Origin: Macrostomum lignano
Taxonomy: Eukaryota
DNA length: 64,000 bases
Reading direction: 5' to 3'
NCBI GenBank assembly: GCA_002269645.1
Contig: NIVC01000995.1
Location: forward strand, 1-64,000
Shown here: in pieces, positions 11,649 through 23,900 of the stretch
How positions within the stretch are numbered: position 1 is the first letter of the stretch
Layout of the letters: each line of letters opens with the position of its first letter
Made by a program: the position numbers and the translations under genes
Notes under the pieces: generated by a model
Told to the model about the DNA's origin: nothing
Seen by the model: the letters and a program-made list of their open reading frames with translations, nothing else
Databases searched by the model: none

Positions 11649-14600
11649 CTAGGCTCGCTTGGCCTCGCCGAACTCCAGCACGCCGAGGCCGCGGACGGCA
11701 GCGCGGCTTTGACGATTTGGCCAGCTGTCGCAGCCGATGAAAGCGAAGGCGCCCCGGCCGCGGCTGCACCAGGCGTCGGCTGTGGCGGACGCCAGCTTGC
11801 GGATGGCGGCGCTGAGCAGGTCCGTCTGGTTGCCGACGTCAACGATAACTAGAGACCTGCAGCGGGGAGGGGTCGTGCAAGGGGTCTTGATTATTTGTTA
11901 TTACTTTTTTATTTAGGGAATTAGGGAATATATAGATATAGGTCTAATCTAATACTTTTAGGGATTCTGGAATGCAAGCCAAATACGAGGACCATAGGAA
12001 TTTCGGTGGCAATTCGAGATATTCTGAGAGAGGGTCGGTATTTTGGGGGTTGGATAGATAAGCAGATGAAATTTATGTGTGAACTGTCAAGTCTCTAAGT
12101 CTTCAGATGCAAAGAGCTTACCAGATCCCACTGAAGGTTAAAATGCTGACAAACTAACCGGAGAATCGAGGGAGATTAGCGATTGAAAGACAGATTTGAG
12201 AAGACTCAACAAAACTGCAAAAAATGAGTTTTAATTGGCCTGTTTCAAAAACTCACCTGCTAGTGAGCCCGTTGCACAGACCGCTCAGCTGATCGAATAG
12301 AGCGGCAGATCCTTCCGTGTTCCAATCCGCGCTTTCCGCGGCGCCCCCAGCGGAGTCTGGCGCCTCGTCGATCGGCGCCAGACGCAGTGCGATAAGCCGA
12401 TCGCACAGGCGGAACGAGGCCTGCAAAGCGGGCACGTCCGAGCCGGCCTGGGCCATGACCTGCATCAGGCCGATCTGCCGAAGGAAGTCGCGCCTGTCCT
12501 GGCCGGCGCCGCCGCACACGGCCAGCAGGGAGCAGGCCGCGAGGCGAACGCGTGCCGCCCGGGCCCGCCGCCGCAGACCGATCGGCGCCGTGTCGGACAG
12601 GCGAGCGGCGGCGGCAGCGGGTGGCGGCCGCAGCGAATGGCGAGCCGGTCGCCGAACTCCGGCCTGGTGTAGCTGCGCTGCACGCTGGCCAGGGCTAGGG
12701 AGCTGAGCAGATCGGCATTGCTAACGGCATCAATGCATTTGAATAGCTGCATGGCGTGGGCTGGCAGCGACTCAAATAGCAGCTCAAATATCTGCAGCGT
12801 CAGCTTGTAGACGTTCTCGACGCTGACCTCGATGTCGGCGTTCAGAGCCGCCAGCTGGCTAGTGGTGAAGCTGCAGCACCGGCGGCCAATTGTCAGGTTG
12901 AGAAGCTCAGGCGCCAGACGGCTAGCTGTCTCCAGCAGGGTTGGCGGCCTCCGCTGCTCTCGCGCCGCTGCTGAGGTGCTTGGCAATCTAGCTCGCTGCT
13001 GCACCAGCTGCTGCTGCTGCCGTAGGTGTTGCCGTTGCCGGCTGGGCCTGCAGACGAATTGGAAACAGCAGCGGCAGCAGCACCAGAGGAATTGTGGGAG
13101 TCGTGAGGACTCACTAGTAGAGAGCTGAGTGTCTCATCGTCATTAGCGTCGCCGTCCTATTGAGAAGCAGAAAAAGTAGCTAAAGCTGTTACAGCTGATT
13201 TCAAGGCACCCAAGCGGGCTGCTTGCCAACAAAGAAGACGATTTCAGCCAAGCCTGTATTTGAGCGCTAAGGAAACCACCTGGAAGAGAGGCCTATAAAC
13301 TTTGCGTTTATTGTTTAACTGCATTAGGCAGAAACCAGGCTTGGTGAAAGCTCAGACCCGAGCCCGTTAATCTATAATCGAAGCGGCAGGCAAAAATTGA
13401 TTAAAAGCTTTCCATTTCTTCATCAAGAAAATTATTTATCGCTTTTTATAATTTGACGGCCTGGATTCGTCTTTGAAAACAAAAGAACAACCTCGGCAGC
13501 AAAGAGGGCTAAGCGGATTATCTATGGAAGAAAAAACGTATCAATTTATTCAGTCAAGGCAAACAGGCCATTAAAGTGATTGGAATCAAATTAACTAGAA
13601 GCTGCGAATTATATTAGAATCCTACTCTAACAGATTAGCTTCCGTATCATGATCACATGAAATGGAGAATTAATTAGCATAGGCTTATCCAAGATCTGCT
13701 CAGACAAATAAGATATAGTATAAGATGCTCTTGTTTAAAGACTTTTTTTACCCTCTACATGACACTTACAGTTCAAGGCTGTTATGCGTCTGGGGCTTGC
13801 GGCTTGTCGTCTGATCCGCAGAAATGAGGGCAACAGCTAAAGCACAGAGTGTATTCATAACTGACAATGAGACAGCTAGGGCTGCTGTAAACCCTGTGTG
13901 AGTGAGCAGCTAGGGCTGCTGTAAACCCTGTGTGAGTGAGCAGCTAGGGCTGCTGTACATCCTTGAGAGTGAGCAGCCACTCTCACTAAATCTGAGCAGT
14001 CACTCTCACTGAATCTGAGCAGCCACTCTCACTGAATCTGAGCAGCCACTCTCACTGAATCTGAGCAGCCACTCTCACTGAATCTGAGCAGCCACTCTCA
14101 CTGAATCTGAGCAGCCACTCTCACTGAATCTGAGCAGCCACTCTCACTGAATCTAAACAGCCACCCTCACTGAATCTAAGCAGTGAGCAGTCACTCTCAC
14201 TAAATCTGAGCAGCCACTCTCACTAAATCTGAGCAGTCACTCTCACTGAATCTGAGCAGCCACTCTCACTGAATCTGAGCAGCCACTCTCACTGAATCTA
14301 AACAGCCACTCTCACTAAATCTGAGCAGTCACTCTCACTTAATCTAAGCAGCCACTCTCACTGAATCTGAGCAGCCACTCTCACTAAATCTAAACAGCCA
14401 CCCTCACTGAATCTAAGCAGTCACTCTCACTAAATCTGAGCAGCCACTCTCACTGAATCTGAGCAGTCACTCTCACTAAATCTGAGCAGCCACTCTCACT
14501 GAATCTGAGCAGTCACTCACTGAATTTAAACAGCCACCCTCACTGAATCTGAGCAGCCACTCTCACTGAATCTGAGCAGTCACTCTCACTAAATCTGAGC

Positions 14601-17600
14601 AGTCACTCTCACTGAATCTGAGCAGCCACTCTCACTGAATCTGAGAAGCCACTCTCACTGAATCTAAACAGCCACTCTCACTAAATCTGAGCAGTCACTC
14701 TCACTGAATCTAAACAGCCACTCTCACTGAATCTAAACAGCCACTCTCACTAAATCTGAGCAGTCACTCTCACTGAATCTGAGCAGCCACTCTCACCGAA
14801 TCTGAGCAGCCACTCTCACTGAATCTAAACAGCCACTCTCACTAAATCTGAGCAGTCACTCTCACTGAATCTGAGCAGCCACTCTCACTGAATCTGAGCA
14901 GCCACTCTCACTGAATCTGAGCAGCCACTCTCACTTAATCTAAGCAGCCACTCTCACTGAATCTGAGCAGCCACTCTCACTGAATCTGAGCAGCCACTCT
15001 CACTTAATCTAAGCAGCCACTCTCACTGAATCTGAGCAGCCACTCTCACTGAATCTAAACAGCCACCCTCACTGAATCTAAGCAGTGAGCAGTCACTCTC
15101 ACTAAATCTGAGCAGCCACTCTCACTAAATCTGAGCAGTCACTCTCACTGAATCTGAGCAGCCACTCTCACTGAATCTGAGCAGCCACTCTCACTGAATC
15201 TAAACAGCCACTCTCACTAAATCTGAGCAGCCACTCTCACTGAATCTGAGCAGCCACTCTCACTGAATCTGAGCAGCCACTCTCACTGAATCTGAGCAGT
15301 CACTCTCACTAAATCTGAGCAGCCACTCTCACTGAATCTGAGCAGCCACTCTCACTGAATCTGAGCAGCCACTCTCACTGAATCTAAACAGCCACCCTCA
15401 CTGAATCTAAGCAGTGAGCAGTCACTCTCACTAAATCTGAGCAGCCACTCTCACTAAATCTGAGCAGTCACTCTCACTGAATCTGAGCAGCCACTCTCAC
15501 TGAATCTGAGCAGCCACTCTCACTGAATCTAAACAGCCACTCTCACTAAATCTGAGCAGTCACTCTCACTGAATCTGAGCAGCCACTCTCACTGAATCTG
15601 AGCAGCCACTCTCACTGAATCTGAGCAGCCACTCTCACTGAATCTAAGCAGTGAGCAGTCACTCTCACTAAATCTGAGCAGCCACTCTCACTGAATCTGA
15701 GCAGTCACTCTCACTAAATCTGAGCAGCCACTCTCACTGAATCTGAGCAGCCACTCTCACTGAATCTGAGCAGCCACTCTCACTGAATCTGAGCAGCCAC
15801 TCTCACTGAATCTGAGCAGCCACTCTCACTGAATCTGAGCAGCCACTCTCACTGAATCTGAGCAGCCACTCTCACTGAATCTGAGCAGCCACTCTCACTA
15901 AATCTGAGCAGCCACTCTCACTGAATCTGAGCAGCCACTCTCACTGAATCTGAGCAGCCACTCTCACTGAATCTGAGCAGCCACTCTCACTAAATCTGAG
16001 CAGCCACTCTCACTAAATCTGAGCAGCCACTCTCACTGAATCTGAGCAGCTACTCTCACTAAATCTGAGCAGCCACTCTCACTGAATCTGAGCAGCCACT
16101 CTCACTAAATCTGAGCAGCCACTCTCACTGAATCTGAGCAGTCACTCTCACTGAATCTGGGCAGCCACTCTCACTGAATCTGAGCAGCCACTCTCACTAA
16201 ATCTGAGCAGCCACTCTCACTGAATATGAGCAGCCACTCTCACTGAATCTGAGCAGCCACTCTCACTGAATCTGAGCAGCCACTCTCACTGAATCTAAAC
16301 AGCCACCCTCACTGAATCTAAGCAGTGAGCAGTCACTCTCACTAAATCTGAGCAGCCACTCTCACTAAATCTGAGCAGTCACTCTCACTGAATCTGAGCA
16401 GCCACTCTCACTGAATCTGAGCAGCCACTCTCACTGAATCTAAACAGCCACTCTCACTAAATCTGAGCAGTCACTCTCACTTAATCTAAGCAGCCACTCT
16501 CACTGAATCTGAGCAGCCACTCTCACTGAATCTGAGCAGCCACTCTCACTGAATCTAAGCAGTGAGCAGTCACTCTCACTAAATCTGAGCAGCCACTCTC
16601 ACTGAATCTGAGCAGTCACTCTCACTGAATCTGAGCAGCCACTCTCACTGAATCTGAGCAGCCACTCTCACTGAATCTGAGCAGCCACTCTCACTGAATC
16701 TGAGCAGCCACTCTCACTGAATCTGAGCAGCCACTCTCACTGAATCTGAGCAGCCACTCTCACTGAATCTGAGCAGCCACTCTCACTAAATCTGAGCAGC
16801 CACTCTCACTGAATCTGAGCAGCCACTCTCACTGAATCTGAGCAGCCACTCTCACTGAATCTGAGCAGCCACTCTCACTAAATCTGAGCAGCCACTCTCA
16901 CTAAATCTGAGCAGCCACTCTCACTGAATCTGAGCAGCTACTCTCACTAAATCTGAGCAGCCACTCTCACTGAATCTGAGCAGCCACTCTCACTAAATCT
17001 GAGCAGCCACTCTCACTGAATCTGAGCAGTCACTCTCACTGAATCTGGGCAGCCACTCTCACTGAATCTGAGCAGCCACTCTCACTAAATCTGAGCAGCC
17101 ACTCTCACTGAATATGAGCAGCCACTCTCACTGAATCTGAGCAGCCACTCTCACTGAATCTGAGCAGCCACTCTCACTGAATCTGAGCAGCCACTCTCAC
17201 TGAATCTGAGCTACTTGACTAAATCGGGCTAATCTCATTAAATATATAACAAGGCTGTGATAATACTCAACTATTTGCTTTCGTCGCTCGGTGAGAAATT
17301 GGCCCAGCGCTTGCCGGCTGCACTGCGCATGGAAGCCGCGTAGTTTTGAGTGCGCAAGCGCAGCCTCGAGGCCCAGCCGGCCAGCCAGGTCGGCAACCAG
17401 CCGCTCCGCCGCCGCCACCTGGCTGGCGTACAGCTGGCGAGCTCGATCTAGGGAGTCGTTGACGCCGGGCCTGACAGCGCCGATGCGTTGCGCGTGCATA
17501 GTTAAGCGGCCGCGCGAATAGCGCATGTCCGGGTTGGCCAGCACTTCGAAGTGAGCGCGCAGCCGCGGCAGAGCTGGCTCGTCCAGGGCCCGGCGGAAAT

Positions 17601-20600
17601 TGGCGAACAATGGATGCCGAAGGGGGGCGAGGGCCTGGCTGAGCGGGTCCAGGCGGCCCAGCATGTGGTGCAGGTAGATGATGCGGTTAATTCGGGTGCG
17701 AGCCACGTTGATTGTCGGCGGCATGCGAGACCGGCGTCGGCACAGCGAGTTGATGCAGTTGAAGTACGAGAACTCCGCCAACTGGGCGCGCAATGACTGA
17801 GATAAATATGAGCAAAAAGAAATTAGATTGACTTTTGCTATCTGCACTACTGTCAGTAGGGGAGATAAAAGCGCTGTGACAAACAGAAAATGTCACGTCT
17901 TTGAAAGTTTTTTTAAATAGGAAATTTCACAGAAAGCTATTAAAAAGTTAAAACTAGTTTATAAAAAATGAGAAAATGACAGTGAACAGGTGGAAAAGGG
18001 AAGGAGAAGTCCAACTGCCAGTCTACAAAGAGAAGGAAGGGAGCCCGACGTTAACTGCCGAAAATAGGGTTAAGGTCTAGGGTTTAGGTTAGGGTCAGAG
18101 TCGGCAGTCGTGGAGCTATAGGGGATAGGGAAAGGGAAGACTGGGGTTAGTAGGCGAGCTAGATTTCGCCTTGACATTCACCTGTAGTACAGCCGGATTC
18201 GTTCGCAGCTCCTCTACGCAGTCCTGCCTAGTGCGAATCGAATCCAAATCGGTTAGCGGCTGCAGCAGCGACATTCGGAGCAGCCGGGCCCCGCCACCAG
18301 TCAGAGTGTAGTTGAGCACGGCGAACAGATGGCCTCCGCTGCGGCCATCCAGCGATTCCACCAGTTCGAGCTGTCTGAAGTGTCGGAATTTAGCAGGGCA
18401 GCACATCGAGCTGTTGCTAACAGGCAGAAAAATATGATAATAAAAGTGGCAAAGCGGCGAAAATAACACGGAAAAATTAATTAAAGTGTTTGATTGAAAG
18501 TGCCATCAATCACACTTGCTGCATAGCTGCGCATATTTCGCTAATCTGTGAGAAAATGTGAGAAAGAGGAAAATCTCAAAACTCTAGTTCTCGCTTAACT
18601 CTGGCGCTAGGCCGCAAAACGTTGCCATTGCAAAGCACTCTCTTTCTCTCCACCGAGCCCGCGACTCCACCAGCGGGGCCCACCACCCCGAAAAAGCGGC
18701 AGATGCCGCACGCGTCGTTGAGGTCGAGGGGGTTGCCTCCGCTCGGTGCGCTACATCTGCTGCCGCTACTGCGGCTGAATGATTTCAGATAGCTTGCCAG
18801 ATCAGACGGAGTTCGCTCCTGTGCTATGTGCTGCAGACTGTCTCTATTTATGAGCTGTTTTGCACAACTTTATAATGAATTAAATATAACCAGCTGATGG
18901 GATAAGAAACTACCAACAGAAAGAAAAATATACACATGATTTGCAGCAAATAACGGGTGCCTAATGATTTGCCTAATGATAATTGGAACGCCACATTTGG
19001 CTTCTTACTTCTCCACTGCAAGTCAGCGATCTCTTCCCTTCCCACTTATTGCAACCTAGCTAATTTGCAATCGGCAAGCGAGACATGTTTTAAACGTATA
19101 TTGCTTATTGTTTCATATGGATATTTTCTAATATACATTATTTATATATACAAGTAAGCAATGTCTTTAATCTTTTAATATTATAAATGTAAGGTATAAT
19201 ACTCATAAACTGTCATGTTTATTTAAATATTTATTAAACTTCATTAATATATTTTATTCAGGCTCTTCTAGCTGTTGGACAAGCAACATGTCGCAGATCG
19301 TCGATACCACACACCAAAAAGGCCCGAGATGGGTACCAGGTACCAGGTCCTACCTTCGGCAATTTCTAAATACGATATTAATTGAGATCTCCGGCTGGCA
19401 TTGCCCACGAATTAAAGTGTTCATGGAGAGCGTGGCTGACCAACGGATTTGAAAGGACTAATGCACCATGTGAATAACTTAAACACAAATTTTCTGTACA
19501 GCATAGATCCTGGACCTGCCAACAAAGCATTTCTTGCTTTGCTTCAAGGCGTCAAACAACAAGTAAGCAGGATACGTGTATCACTTCTGCTTATCAAAAA
19601 TGATTTCATTGGTTTACAAAAGAGCCCAAATTAGACACGCACCGAGCCGTGCCGTAGTCCATAATGAGCGACGCAGAATGGGCATTGTAGGCCAGTCGAA
19701 CGCTGGCATCGCCGAACACGGTGTCCAATTGAAGTTCGGCGAATGCCTGCAGCACAGCGCAGGAGTAGAATATGAAATTGCACACTGGCAGCTGCTGCAG
19801 CACTGGCTGACTGTCCGGGTGGCAGACTCGGCGAACGAATGCTCGTCCGTCGGCTTCGTTAAACAGTATTCTCGGGGCCGACACGATTCGGCAGGCGGGG
19901 AATTTCACAGCCAGCAGGCGGAATAGTTCGTAAATTTCCGAGTTGCACAGCGTGTCAGGCAGTAGTACAATCGCCGGATCAAACCAACAAACCAGACTGA
20001 GGGTTTTCTGATAGGCCAGGCAGTCAGTCAGTTTTACAATGTCCAACCGATCCGAGTCTAGGTCCAGTACAGCGATAGCCAGGTCACGTGACTTGGTGCC
20101 GCGGCCTTCGCTAATTGCCATGCAGCGCGCGGGATCAGTTAGAGGCATTGTCCGCCTCTGTTGGCTCTGACGAGACTGCGACGAGCTTTGCCGACCTAGG
20201 AAATCAAGTGGCACTTGCAGTTAGCTGATTAGGTTTGTGGCTGAAGAGGACCACTTTCGATGAGCTCTGGAGGGTGATTACGCAATTTTTGAAGGGAGGG
20301 TTTATAGAGGGAATCGCAATGGACAAGGCCTCACGATGAGGTTATGGAGGGCTACTTCCCATCTGGCTTATAGAGGGAATCTAAATGGGGCTTATAGAAG
20401 TAATTTTAATGGGTTTTATAGAGGAGCTCTCAATGGGGTTCATAAGACTCTCAATGGGATCATATATGACAATCAATGGGATTCGTAGGACTCTAGGACT
20501 TCATAGGACTAGGTTTCATAGAACTCTCAGTGCGGATTAAAGCAAGACTTTTAACGCTGATCATAGAAGGACACTCAATGAGGCTTACGGAGGGACTATC

Positions 20601-21093
20601 AGGTGGGGTTAAAAGAGGGGTTCTAAATGAGGTTAGTAATATGACACTATAAACTGTTTTAGTGACCCCAGATCTGATTGAAACTTGCGGTTGTACTTCT
20701 ATTTATTAATAAAAAATTTAATAACAAAATTCCATCTATTTAGCAACGTTAAAGCTGTTAGTTCTGTGTCAAGGTATGGCTGGCAGCCATGCTAAAAAAT
20801 CAATTACCAGTAGCAGCCGAAGGTGGCATGAATTTGAAGATGCTGCCATCAGCTGCGGCAGGTGGCGGCCCTGGCGCAGCAGCAAAGCTTGGATGGGCGT
20901 GTCTATCCAGGGGACGTTGGTGGACGCTGCTTCTACTCGAGCCCACTGTTCCACTAGAAACAGTTGCAGCCGAGCGCAGCGGAGTCAAGATGCTGCTGTA
21001 CTGGCTGGACTGCTGGTGACTGCCACTATGTCCACTGGAGCCTGTGTAAGCTGACTCTGCTGATGAAGCCAGAAAATGGTGGCCCCGCTTCAT
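11649..21093 (-). CDS. MSH4: MutS homolog 4-like protein with degenerate ATPase domain; one apparent frameshift at about 12615
   Basis: Exons 21093-20808, 20195-19643, 18374-18182, 17796-about 17260, about 13050-12257, 11856-11649. Phases are consistent wherever both ends could be fixed; the exon 4/5 junction is unresolved. Motifs AISEGRG, LELVESL...LFAVLNYTLTGGGARLLR..LLQPLTD, IIYLHH, AVRPGVNDSLDRAR, YTRPEF...GRHP and FLRQIGLMQVMAQAGSDVPA are colinear with my recollection of human MSH4. Confidence 0.88.
13971..17210. repeat. Intronic satellite, 23-bp unit, about 140 copies, with higher-order duplications
   Basis: Unit ctgagcagccactctcactgaat. Rare variants recur with a fixed offset of about 0.89 kb. 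Confidence 0.97.
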
Positions 21094-23199
21094 TGGCTAC
21101 TTGGGGGTGCTGAATATTTGTTCTGAAGTTATGGGAAATGGGTAATTAATATGAACTAAGCTGTTATTAGAACTGTCTCAATAAGCTAATTTCACTTAAA
21201 TTTTGATTTAAAATTCTAGAAACTCGTAACAAGCAATAACTTTCCAACAAATGCTTCTCATATATTAGTACAAGCACAAAAGTATCTCAAACTAAATGGA
21301 AAAAGCCTCTAGCCTACACTTGGTTTAATAAAGTTAAAAAGTCCATTGATAGTAAAACAAACAGCTATTTTAAATATCTAAGATTGATCTATCTATAAAA
21401 CTATAGAGAAATACTATTCAATACCACAGAAGATACATTCTCAACAATAAAATTAAGGACTGAGGGAGGTGGCTTCATATACAAAGATGAAGGGCAGAAT
21501 CATACCCTTCGTAGTCTACCTAAAAGAAAATGGGAGTGGTGTGCTGTGCTATAATATAGGATTCAATACTTGGTTTTGAGTGTCTAGGTCACCAGTGTGG
21601 GCGAAGCACATGAGTGCCATAGACATTTAAGCAAGAAAAACCAAGTATTGAGTAGTATTGTGACAGGATATATATTTCTTGTGCATTAAATGACTCTAGC
21701 CAATACACGATCACAAGCCATTTAAGCATTCTATATGCATCAAAATATAGAAATAGTACCATTTGATTCCATGAACCATGGACACAATCAGCCTATTTTT
21801 TTAATTTTCTACATAGTTCAGATACGAGTTGAGAATGCTTTTAGCATTAAATGCACAATTTTACACATTTATATTGTGTTACAATATATCTATGGCAAGT
21901 GCCATTCTTAAAGCCATCTTGGATAGACAAACCAGTAACAAATGGCAAAGAATTAGCAAAGTGCCATTCAGCCTACTTATTTTTTTCTTCACAATAAGAG
22001 TAGCTAATATAGAATATAATTCTTGTGAAAGAATTTTTTGAAATTGGTGATTGAATATTCTGTGTATATTCTGTATTCAATGCTTTTAAAAGTATTTAAA
22101 ACCTTTTATTTAGAATATTATAGTTAAAAATACTTGCACTACACTTAAAATATCTATTGACCTATATAGTAGCAATCAATAAGATATTTCCATGCTAAAT
22201 ATAGATTTTATCTATTAATAGTTTGAATATAAGTTGAAAAAACAGGCATAAGTTTGTTATGCTAAGCTGTTTATTTACTTAATTAATAAGTTAAAATAGT
22301 TAGTTATATGTTCTTGTTTTTAAATATAATTGTATACTAATATTTTAAAAGCATACTAACCACTAGAGCTAGGCCTACATTTTTTAAAAGAGTGAGCTTA
22401 GTTACTTGCTCCTAAAGTGCATTAAGCACTAGCATGTTTTTGCCAAGTGCCCTAGATAGGCCTTGTATCTACCAAAATGGGGGTTGGCTACAATAAAGTC
22501 ATCCAACTTAGCTACTCTAACTTATATTATAATTTATCTTCATCATATTAGACCTAGATTTTAAACCAAATAGGCTTACTATCAATAAAAATATGTGTGG
22601 TAAAAGCCCTTGTGTTGATATAGCTATATACATGTGCAATATACAGCCAAGCCAGCCAATCCAGTTGGCTAGCAAAGGGACGAGCCAAGGTAGGCCTAAG
22701 TCACAAAAATTTCCACCCAAAAAATACAAAGCAGTACTAATTAGATTATGAGGCATTTAGTCTTAATAATACAGTCAAAGTAGGCCTAACTTTGCCATTT
22801 ACTCAAAATATTAATTTTTGCTTAGGTTTCTCTTATAGGTAAGCAATTGTTTGCCTAAAAGTAAGTCACATGGCCACTGTAACTCAGGCGGTTTTGCGCA
22901 CATGTTGGTGTAGCTTACAAGATTAAGATAATTCAAAATATAAGCTTAGTAGAACATTTTGCAGTAGCTAGGTTTAACAGACTGTCATAGGCCCTAACAA
23001 AACAGCAAAACTCATTAATGTAATGTAATTATGACCCTAAATTTCAAATACTCGAATGGGTAGGCCTAACTTTCGTAATCGACAAGTCTACGACTACTAA
23101 GCTTTAAAAAACCAATGAGCACTTAAAAAATAGTAACTAGAGTCTGAAGACAAACTTGCATCAAAATATAGAAATAGTACCATTTGATTCCATGAACCA

Positions 23200-23900
23200 T
23201 GGACACGATCAGCCTATTTTTTTAATCTTCCACATAGTTCAGATACGAGTTGAGAAACACGTGCGCATACACAGATAGGAGCCGCCACGAACCAACACAG
23301 CAGTACACGCGACGCAATGAGAGAAGCAGCGCGATCAGTACGTATTAAGTTTAATTGGCCCACAGGGTAAAATTTTAAATTTGTTCCAGGTGATAAGGTG
23401 TGTCTAAATTAACAAATAAATTACTAATTTGAAAAATCAAGGTAAAAAATGAAAACAGCTAAACTTTTATTTACTAAAGCAAACTTAAGAAAAATAAGCA
23501 AATTGACCTTTTTGTAAAACGTCTCAAACAAAACACAAACACTACTACTAGCTGTCCTCCATGTAAGAGAGAGAGAGAATTTGGCTCGGCAATTAGCCTG
23601 TTTGGCCAATATATTATAGAGCTATGTATTTGGAAAAGTTTTCGAAATAGAAGTTTATAAAGACGATTTGCCGCGAGTTAGTAGTAGTAAGAGTTAGAGT
23701 TAGAGTTAGAGAGTAAGAGAGTAGTAAGAGAATTTGGCTCAGGCAATTAGCCTGTTTGGCCAATATATTAGCAATGTAGCCATGTAGCAATGGGCCGGGT
23801 CTGGACCAGCGCATGGTCCACTCCACATGCATTAGGTAGCATAGGATAGGGTGAAACCCGGTATTCTACCTTGAAAACTCTTCAAAACCATTTGATTTTT
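23200..23900. promoter_or_regulatory. Putative CpG-rich bidirectional promoter region between MSH4-like (-) and DHDH copy 1 (+)
   Basis: CpG-dense core (cacgtgcgc, cacgcgacgc, gcgcgatc) flanked by CpG-depleted AT-rich blocks. Both genes have a splice-acceptor-like AG shortly before the ATG. Inference only. Confidence 0.4.

Noticed and set aside
13113-13154. 42-nt micro-exon (DGDANDDETLSSLL) in MSH4-like with good AG/GTGAGT ends
   Set aside because: Both phases I tested led to an in-frame stop at or after the next acceptor, so it cannot be placed without transcripts.
13971-17210. CRISPR-like array
   Set aside because: Contiguous tandem units with no unique spacers, eukaryotic context, no cas genes. 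The same applies to all other arrays.
21829-22041. hAT dimerisation-domain remnant (…SCERIF)
   Set aside because: Only a 5-6 residue resemblance in heavily AT-drifted DNA, which is insufficient without a profile search.
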